Shown here piece after piece: positions 54,684 through 63,374 of a DNA stretch of 63,374 nt. The DNA comes from Octopus bimaculoides (taxonomy: Eukaryota), in the NCBI RefSeq assembly GCF_001194135.2, contig NC_068987.1, positions 86,681,674 to 86,745,047 on the forward strand, read 5' to 3'. The notes beneath the pieces were generated by a model. It saw only the letters and a list, made by a program, of their open reading frames with translations. It had not been told where the DNA came from and searched no databases. The first letter of the stretch is position 1, and the number at the start of each line of letters is the position of its first letter. The translations under genes and the position numbers were made by a program.

Positions 54684-54721
<38 letters not shown>

Positions 54722-54876
54722 TTATTTATCTATCTATTTATTTATTTGTTTATGTGTCTGCCTATCTCTCTTTCCATCTATCAATTTATTTATCCGTCTA
54801 TCTGTCTTTCTGTCTGTCTATCTATCTATTTATCTGTTTATTTGTCTGCCTTTCTCTCTATACATCTCTCCCTCCC

Positions 54877-54926
<50 letters not shown>

Positions 54927-55075
54927 GTCTATCTGTCTATCTATCTATCCATCTATCTTTCTTTGTATCTGTCTATCTATCTAGTTTTTTTATTTTCAAT
55001 TTGTATATCTATCTATCAATCTATCTATTTATCTATCTATTTATCTGTCTATCTATTTATCTATCCGTCTATCTG
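54670..55075. repeat. Degenerate (TCTA)n tract
   Basis: Direct reading. Confidence 0.9.
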
Positions 55076-55539
55076 TCTTCCAGTGAGTGTGTTCTTATTG
55101 ACCACGTGAATGAAAATTTAACAGACGTACAAGTTCAACAAACTGGTTCACAGTGATTTTTCTTCCTTTGTCATTTCCTTTTCAATCATTTTATACGGAT
55201 TATAGAATGTAATGTTGCATTACCAAATGAAATTGTTAGTTAATTATAAATTACAACACATTTTTGACGTTTCTTGTTATCTATGTAATGATATAACAAA
55301 CGTTGGCGATTTAAACTTTGGCTAATTATTGACAAATCAATCAATGTAATTTTGCTTTCCATTGCTATGCTACAACATATCTAAATGGCATGGACGGTCG
55401 CTGAGACCTATATGTTTATTAAAGACCGTTTTAAGCTTTTCAACTCTCTATGCTTATAAACATGTGATCATGTTGTAATCAATACACTGATTGGTAAATG
55501 CACATCACTTCGTGCGCATTCTTTCAGTATATTATATTC

Positions 55540-55736
55540 TTTTACTTGTTTCAGTCATTTTAACACGGCCATGCTGGAGCACTGCCTTTATCCGAGCAAA
55601 TCAAACACAGAACCAATTCTTTGTAAGGTTAGTACTTATTCTATCAGTCTCTTTTTCCGAACCGCTAGGTTACGGGAATTAACCACATCAACATCGGTTG
55701 TGAAGCGCTGGTGGGGGGAACAAACACAGATATACA

Positions 55737-55770
<34 letters not shown>
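55540..55770 (-). mobile_element. SINE family A, 3' half running into a gap
   Basis: ttttacttgtttcagtcattt...ggccatgctggagcactgcc. Confidence 0.8.
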
Positions 55771-56432
55771 NNNNNNNNNNNNNNNNNNNNNNNNNNNNNN
55801 NNNNNNNNNNNNNNNNNNNNNNNNNNNNNNNNNNNNNNNNNNNNNNNNNNNNNNNNNNNNNNNNNNNNNNNNNNNNNNNNNNNNNNNNNNNNNNNNNNNN
55901 NNNNNNNNNNNNNNNNNNNNNNNNNNNNNNNNNNNNNNNNNNNNNNNNNNNNNNNNNNNNNNNNNNNNNNNNNNNNNNNNNNNNNNNNNNNNNNNNNNNN
56001 NNNNNNNNNNNNNNNNNNNNNNNNNNNNNNNNNNNNNNNNNNNNNNNNNNNNNNNNNNNNNNNNNNNNNNNNNNNNNNNNNNNNNNNNNNNNNNNNNNNN
56101 NNNNNNNNNNNNNNNNNNNNNNNNNNNNNNNNNNNNNNNNNNNNNNNNNNNNNNNNNNNNNNNNNNNNNNNNNNNNNNNNNNNNNNNNNNNNNNNNNNNN
56201 NNNNNNNNNNNNNNNNNNNNNNNNNNNNNNNNNNNNNNNNNNNNNNNNNNNNNNNNNNNNNNNNNNNNNNNNNNNNNNNNNNNNNNNNNNNNNNNNNNNN
56301 NNNNNNNNNNNNNNNNNNNNNNNNNNNNNNNNNNNNNNNNNNNNNNNNNNNNNNNNNNNNNNNNNACACACATATATATAGAGAGAGAGGGGGGAGAAAG
56401 AAGAGATAGATAGATAGATAGATAGATAGATT

Positions 56433-56493
<61 letters not shown>

Positions 56494-56789
56494 TTAGATA
56501 GATAGATAGAATTGTAATCGTATTTATGAAGATGAGCACACTTATGACACATATAAAGTGAAAGTGAGAGATGAAAGAGAAAAATGAGAAGAGTGTTAGG
56601 ATTTCGAATGTAGGAAATATATGCAGATCGAAAGTTATTATCAAAATTCACAAGAGATTAATGAATGTTTCAGTTCAGAAAATCAAAGTTCATTATGTTA
56701 GTTTATATTTCTGGTTGGAAGATGGAAGAAACAAAATAAATATTTTAATTTTTAACCAATATTTCTATTCATTCATCTTTTCCGACCTC

Positions 56790-57345
56790 TGGGATGGTCG
56801 TGTGAGCTGGATTTCCAGCCGTGACCAACTGGGACAATGGATATTATCCAACCATATCGTTCTTGGTCTACCACTAAATTTCCAGTCAATTATCTCATCT
56901 TGAAGAATCCGTCTTGCAATCCTTCCCTGGAATATTTCAATCATCTGTCTGTGTCGGTAGGACCGGGTTTGTAACCTCTCAAAGAGAAGGGGCAACATTT
57001 TAATCTCTCAGTTATGTACCCTGTCGAGCAATGTTATCCCGAAAAGTCTTAGGAGGAACCCTATTTCGGTCGCTTGTATCCGCAAGAGTACTCTTTCGGT
57101 CCTTCACTAACGTGCATGACCATAAGTTAGGATAGACACGAACACCGAATGAAAGGTAGCAAGTTTGGATTTTCAACCAACTTCTCTTCTGAGGAGATAA
57201 TGCTAATGCTGGCGATTTACTGTACCAGTACCTATAATTCTACCAGCCGACCAAGGTTTCAGTTTCTCTTCAATCTTGTATATAACCCTCTGATACTTAA
57301 ACTACTCCACTTGGTCCAGTGATATTACACTGACATGGTATTCTT
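56790..57345 (-). mobile_element. RTE-clade LINE 3' fragment
   Basis: KSKLATFHSVFVSILTYGHA, RIQATEIGFL, GITLLDRVH, QGRIARRILQ and GRPRTIWLDNI motifs typical of the RTE RT C-terminus. Confidence 0.85.
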
Positions 57346-57724
57346 GTTACCAAGAATAATTTTCAGATTTATTTCATGAATCAATAAGTTATGTTATAAG
57401 CACAGAAATCGCTCGGTAGGTTAGTTTTAGTCCGTTATTTGTGTCTGACATTTGCTCTGTTACGACTATCCGACTTAGAATGTATACTGACAGTTTTTCT
57501 ACTTCAATATCATTTGGAAATTACTGTTAAGCACATACACTCCGTTTTATCACACAACTTCATTAATATGTAAATTAACATCGACATGAATGGGATATGG
57601 TGTAGCTCCGAGATCAAAAGAGTGATACATTTGAATAGCTTTATTTCAGAAGCTATTTTAAGTCATTTAATTCTATGTTTAATCTACGAAGAATGTAATG
57701 TTACTGTTAAATGATGGAAGACAG

Positions 57725-58095
57725 TGGTGAGCTGGCAGAATCATCAGCACGCCGGATAAAATGGCTAGCGGCACTTCATCCGTCATTACGTTCTTGGTTC
57801 AAAACAAACCGAGATCCACTTGGCCTTTGAGTCTTACTGGGGTGATAAAATAAGTACCAGTTGCGCCCTAGAGTCGATATAATCGACTAGTCCCCTCCGC
57901 CAAATCTCAGGCCTTGTGTATATAGTAAAAAGGATTAGATAATGGAAGAAGGTGACGAGTTAATAGAATTGTTACGTGCCGGACAAAAATGCTTAGAGAC
58001 TTATCTTTCAATTCTTTACTTTGTAAGATCGAATCCCACCATCAAGTAGGGGGTCAATGTAATCGATTTACTTCCTCCTTTCGAAATTACTGATC
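57725..58095 (+). mobile_element. Two adjacent SINE family B copies, the second degenerate
   Basis: gagctggcagaatcatcagcacgccgga...gataaaataagtaccagttgcg; second unit has ggggtcaatgtaatcgattta. Confidence 0.7.
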
Positions 58096-59079
58096 TAGAA
58101 TCCTAAAACAGACCAGCGGCAATAAACTAGCTGAGTAGTCAAACCTGCTCATACCAAGCACATATTTATGAGAATTTAGTTCAAAACTTGTAATATCTTC
58201 CGCAACACACTTGGGGTTTAAATTAAATTTTTTCATTTCTTGTCAATGTGCAATTCACAGAGATATTTCGAAAGAGTTTGGAGCGAATACTTCATGACTA
58301 ATCGAGATATATTTTTGCCGGAGAGCACAAGCGCGCTGGGTACAGTTGGTATTTAATATCTTTACCTTCAGTTTAGCTTCTGCATTGATTTACTATTCTG
58401 CATTGAGTATATATTGGTGGTTATTTCAATTTGATAGTATATCAATTGCATTTATGGAAGTTTTACTACGCTCCGAGTCTTTTCGCAAGATCAGTACTTG
58501 TTTTATTCACTTATTCCATTATCAGTAAGGTGCGTGCCATGGAATAGGTCCGCGAGGCCGAATTACATCAGGTATTCTCCCTGGCTACTTATGGGAGAAA
58601 TTTCATTCATCTTCTGATATTTATTGTGACTTTAATACAGAACGACTACAACAGAAATTGTCCCTTGAGCAATACCAGAGTTGCTAATCAAAGGAGGGTT
58701 TGTATGCATTTAGTATGATACATGGATAACTATTATTATTTTCCATCTGATGTTAATGATAGAGGGACGCAATAAAAAAAATCATAGTTTTATGTAATAG
58801 TTTCAAGCTATTTTTCATATATAAATGAATAGAAATTTTCCCTTTCACATATCTTGGCTTAAATATCTAAATTAATCTGGTAATAGATTAGCAGTTGCTA
58901 CCTGGCTGTCAAAACCGATCATAATCCATTTTATTAATACTATGCTGTCGCTAACATTAGCAGCAGCATTCATATTCATATAAGAATTTAGTGATACATA
59001 AATCAATTGTAATAGCAAGATTTTTCCACATATTTTTATTTATTTATCTATATTTAACACATTCAACTTTATGAGCATA

Positions 59080-59123
<44 letters not shown>

Positions 59124-59172
59124 TGTGTAGATGTGCACGTATTACGTATTTATATATGTAAGTGTGTGTGAA

Positions 59173-59210
<38 letters not shown>

Positions 59211-59215
59211 AACGC

Positions 59216-59256
<41 letters not shown>

Positions 59257-59452
59257 AAGGCGGCGAGCTGGAATAAACGTTAGCACGTTGGGCAAAATGC
59301 TTAGCGGTATTTCGTTACGTTCTGATTTCAAATTCCGCCGAGGTCGACTTAGCCTTTCATCCTTTCGGGGTCGATAAATTAAATAATTAAATACCAATTA
59401 CGCACTGGGGTCAATGCAATCGACTTAATCCCTTTGTCTGACCTTGTTTGAA
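59257..59452 (+). mobile_element. SINE family B
   Basis: aaggcggcgagctgg...gaggtcgacttagcctttcatcctttcggggtcgataaatt. Confidence 0.9.
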
Positions 59453-59548
59453 ATAAGACGCATACGCACTCACACATACAGACAGACGGACGGACGAATA
59501 GATGGATGGATGGATGGATGGATGGATGGATGGATGGATGGATAAGTG

Positions 59549-59625
59549 TTGTGAGGTGGAGTGTTGTGTGTGAGGTGGAGTGGTGTGTGTGAGGTGGAGT
59601 GGTGTGTGTGAGGTGGAGTGATGTG
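59549..59625. repeat. About 20-bp minisatellite (gtgtgtgtgaggtggagtgg), about 4 copies, after (GGAT)n
   Basis: Direct reading. Confidence 0.85.
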
Positions 59626-59863
59626 TGTGTGTGTGTGTGTGTGTGCGTCTGTGTGTGTGTGCGTGCGTGTATGAATTTGTCAGTGTTACTATACTCTGAT
59701 TCGGTGCATCTGATGATGTGAATACGTGTCTGCGCCTACAAAACTGGAGAAAATATGAAGCTGGTCCACTCCCCCCTTTTCATTGCTTCCAACTGTAGGT
59801 AACTATGCTGAGTGTTATTTTTATTTATTTCCCTATTCCTTCAATATATCTCTATCTATCTAC

Positions 59864-59906
<43 letters not shown>

Positions 59907-60633
59907 TGTATGTTTACATACATGTATGTAGAAAGTGACTGACATACAAGCGGTGAGACAAAGAGACAGTATATAGGAGAGCTCATTGTAAGAGTATTTT
60001 CAAACGAAAATGTTAAATTTAGTTGTAGAAATTGAAGGAATTTTATATAGTCTAATTAATGTAATCATGTAATCATAAATTGGGGAAACACATTTAAGAA
60101 ATCACACGTTTCTATTTTTGTTTCTCAATTTCTATTTTTGTTCATCAACATTTATACGTAACTTTTCCAGTTTTAATTAAAGATACTTAAAAGGACATGA
60201 TATCAGTCTTTATTGCTACAAGTTATAAATATCTCTCGATGAGAAGAGAAGGTCGCTCCTAAGACATGATACGTTCAACACCATCAGGATAAAAGAAGAG
60301 AGTTAGACATTTTATTGACCATTATACATCGGAAAGTTCATTAAAATCATGATGTGTGTCAGAAACCAGACAACTCCCCCGATATGCTATGGATTCAATG
60401 TATAAGAGGAACACATATATATATTGGAGAGAAAAACCAGCCGTCACATTCATATCGATTTACTTTGGTATTTCTCATTTAAGTGGAAGATGTCTAAAGA
60501 CCATTTGAAAATTTGAGAACTTGTAGAAGCCACCAATTACTCCAAAACAAACATTGTTGATAGAAAGTAATTTCCTGAACTGTAGAAATGGAATGTATTG
60601 AAATTCTTCTAAAATCTTATATTCTTTTATGAA

Positions 60634-60779
60634 GGCGCAGGTGTGGCTTTGTGGTAAGAAGCCTGCTTCCCAACCACATGGTTCCGGTTTCAGTCGCACT
60701 GCGTGGCACCTCCGGCAACTGTCTTCTACTAAAACACTTTTGAATGGATTTGGTAGACGCAAACTGAAAGAAACCCGTC

Positions 60780-60826
<47 letters not shown>

Positions 60827-61055
60827 AGTGAGTGAGTGAGTGTGTGTATGTGTGTTTCTTTGTGTCTATGTTTGTTTTCACTCCTCTTGACAACTGGTGT
60901 TGGTTTGTGTACGTGACGTAACTATTCGGCAAAGGAGTTCGATAAAATAAGCACAAGGCTCAATGTTACGTACTAGAGTCGATTCTTTAAACTGAAATTC
61001 TTCATGGCAGCGCCCTAGCATGGCCGCAGTCTAATGACTGAAATATGTAAATGAT
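60634..61055 (+). mobile_element. SINE family A
   Basis: Head, internal microsatellite and 3' module present. Confidence 0.85.
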
Positions 61056-61440
61056 AAGAGAAAGAAATGTTTACTTCTCCGACGTGGCAGAAACAAAAAT
61101 TAAAGGCGTTTGTGTGTGCGTGTAGCTGGGTGTGTGTTTAGAGTTATCTAAATTATTTGATTGTGATTATATTATGGTGTAGGTGTGCTTAGCAAGACAA
61201 GATGTTAAATAACTCTGCCAAGATATTATTATAGTGCGACCATCTATGGACGAAATCCATTTTAAACACTCGGTACCGTATAGAACTTAACTGGGGCAGA
61301 GTCGTAAGCGACCAACATGTCCAGCCTGTTTTGTTGACATTAAGAGCTGCGTGAAGGATTGTAATTTTATTATTATTCAGGCGGTTTACATATATTTTCT
61401 TGGGTGTATCGAACAACTTTAACATAATTCATTTACATAT

Positions 61441-61835
61441 CGCAGGCGTTTCTGTGTTGTAAGAAACTTGCTTCCCAACCACATGGTTCCGGGTTCAGCA
61501 CCACTACGTGGCACCTTAGGCAAGTGTCTTCTACTATAGCATCGGGCCGACCAAAGCTTTGTAAGTTGATTTGGTCGACGGAAACTAAAAGAAGCCCGTC
61601 GTATATATATATGAATATATGTGTATATGTGTGTTTGTATCCCCACCATCGCTTGGCAACCAATGTTGGTGTGTTTACGTTCCCTTAGCTAGCGGTTCAG
61701 CGACAGAGAATGCTAGAATAATTACTAGGCTTACAAACAATAAGCTTTGGGGTCGATTTCTTCAACAGAAGGCAATGCTCCAACATGGCCGCCGTCACAT
61801 GACTGAGACAAATAAAAGAAAAATAAAAGGAAAAT
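61441..61835 (+). mobile_element. SINE family A
   Basis: Head, internal microsatellite and 3' module present. Confidence 0.85.
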
Positions 61836-62139
61836 AAGAGAAACAAAATATTATGGCTATCGACTTTTCAATAAATTGGCCAGATACTTTATACGTCATC
61901 ACATCTTATTCTCGTATGTCGAATTATTGAACGAGAGCGAGATTCAGATAACGAAGAGTCGAAAAGTATCGTATATCTTATGCGAACGGATGAAACTCTT
62001 CAAAGGTTTCGGGGGAAAAATGGAAGAGATTGGATTGGAAACATGTAACAGCCAGGAGTAATGAAGCATGGTCCAAGAAATTTTGTCTAATTTCTATTCT
62101 ATTTAGGTTTGTTCTGTAAATCGTTTACATATATATTAG

Positions 62140-62612
62140 AACATTTTCTCCCACTTATTTTCACTTCCACCTCCTCCTCCCGTTCTCCTCCTACTCCTTA
62201 TCATATTCATCATCTTTATCGGTAGCACATTATTATCATTGTTATTGTGGTCATCGCACTTATCGTCACCATTCTCGTCATTTTACCGCCATTATCCTGA
62301 TTAAGGCGGCGAGCTGGCAGAAACGTTAGCAAACCGGGCGAAATGCTTAGCGGTATTTCGTCGGCCGCTAAATTCTGAGTTCAAATTCCACCGAGGTCGA
62401 CTTTGCCTTTCATTCTTTCGAGATCGATTAAATAAGTACCAGTTACTCACTGGGGTCGATGTAATCGACTTAGTCCTTTTGCCTGTCCTTGTTTGTCCCC
62501 TCTAAGTTTAACCCCTTGTGGGCATTAAAGAATTAATTATCCTCATTATCATTATTATCATCATTTTCATGATTTTGTCGTCACCATTACTTTCAACATA
62601 ATCAGCTTCGCT

Positions 62613-62650
<38 letters not shown>

Positions 62651-63000
62651 AATTTATCATCCACATCATCAATCATCGTTACCATCATAACCATTGGTGT
62701 CCTCATCATCATCGCCATCATCGACATTATCATCAACGTTACAATCACCATCATCACCATATACATCATCCGACGTCCTGCTAACATCTTTATTAACCGT
62801 GTTGTCGTTTTCGCCATCATCTTTATCATAATTTTCACCACATTTAATCGTTATAACCATAATCATTATCATTGACATTATAATATCACATGCATTGTCA
62901 TCAGCTCCATCATTATCATCAACATAACCATCACAGTCGTAATCGTTATCATGATCACCGTTATGGTCGACATCTGCTGTCAGTGATAGGAACCAAATGT
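62140..63000. repeat. Degenerate (CAT)n-rich low-complexity tract, interrupted by a SINE
   Basis: Pure (CAT)n at about 62613-62650 with decayed ATC/ACC/GTC triplets around it. Confidence 0.8.
62303..62535 (+). mobile_element. SINE family B, full-length
   Basis: Matches the reverse complement of 2857-3105. Confidence 0.9.
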
Positions 63001-63069
63001 CTCCCTTTCTATACTAAGTTGATATCCAGATTATTTTAGGTTTACCTTCGAATATTTCCACGTGGATTA

Positions 63070-63277
63070 CAGTAATCCCCTGGATTATCCGAGGGTGTTA
63101 CGTTACAAAACCTCCCACAGAAATAATTGAAATTTAAAAAAATATAAATACCTATCGGCTGCAGCATCCCACGATGTACTGAGGATTCCATGACATTAAT
63201 TTACATAGATTAGCCAGAAAAATCCGGGATGTGCTGAGTGCGCGATAGTTGAACCGCGACATGGCGTGGGATTACTG
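63070..63277. mobile_element. Tigger/pogo-type MITE with TA target-site duplication
   Basis: TA|cagtaatccc ... gggattactg|TA; subterminal gaaccgcgacatggcg resembles Tigger ends. Confidence 0.8.
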
Positions 63278-63374
63278 TATTGATTGTTGCGGATAATTTA
63301 TACATTTTTAGGGGGCGAGTTATGGTGGTGGGGGCAAGCACAGATATAGAAACATATATATATATATATATATA

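Noticed and set aside
62647-62878. Asp-rich ORF resembling acidic biomineral proteins
   Set aside because: It is the antisense reading of a decayed (CAT)n tract, with no signal peptide or splice context.

Overview
AT-rich, intergenic/intronic animal DNA from a gapped short-read assembly (10 N-runs, most next to microsatellites). The repeat landscape resembles what I recognise from octopus genomes; this is pattern recognition, not a database match. The window is dominated by dispersed repeats. These include at least five tRNA-headed SINE-like families (about 30 copies), four or five decayed Tc1/mariner transposase fragments, a Tigger-type MITE and two hairpin/foldback elements. There are also fragments of R4/Dong and RTE LINEs, one RTE 3' end carrying three C2H2-like fingers, and many simple repeats. 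I could not identify any intact protein-coding gene, rRNA, true tRNA or CRISPR array. Nearly all ORFs in the supplied track are artefacts of microsatellites, N-runs or SINEs. A few splice-site-bounded, phase-compatible candidate exons (minus strand, about 36.2 to 27.3 kb) are reported at low confidence. The most unusual items are a tRNA-head/(AAT)n/degenerate-hammerhead element at 46.7-47.0 kb, the triple-zinc-finger LINE tail, a module shared between two SINE families, and a Dong/R4 fragment sitting inside (TAA)n. I found no convincing new multi-gene system.
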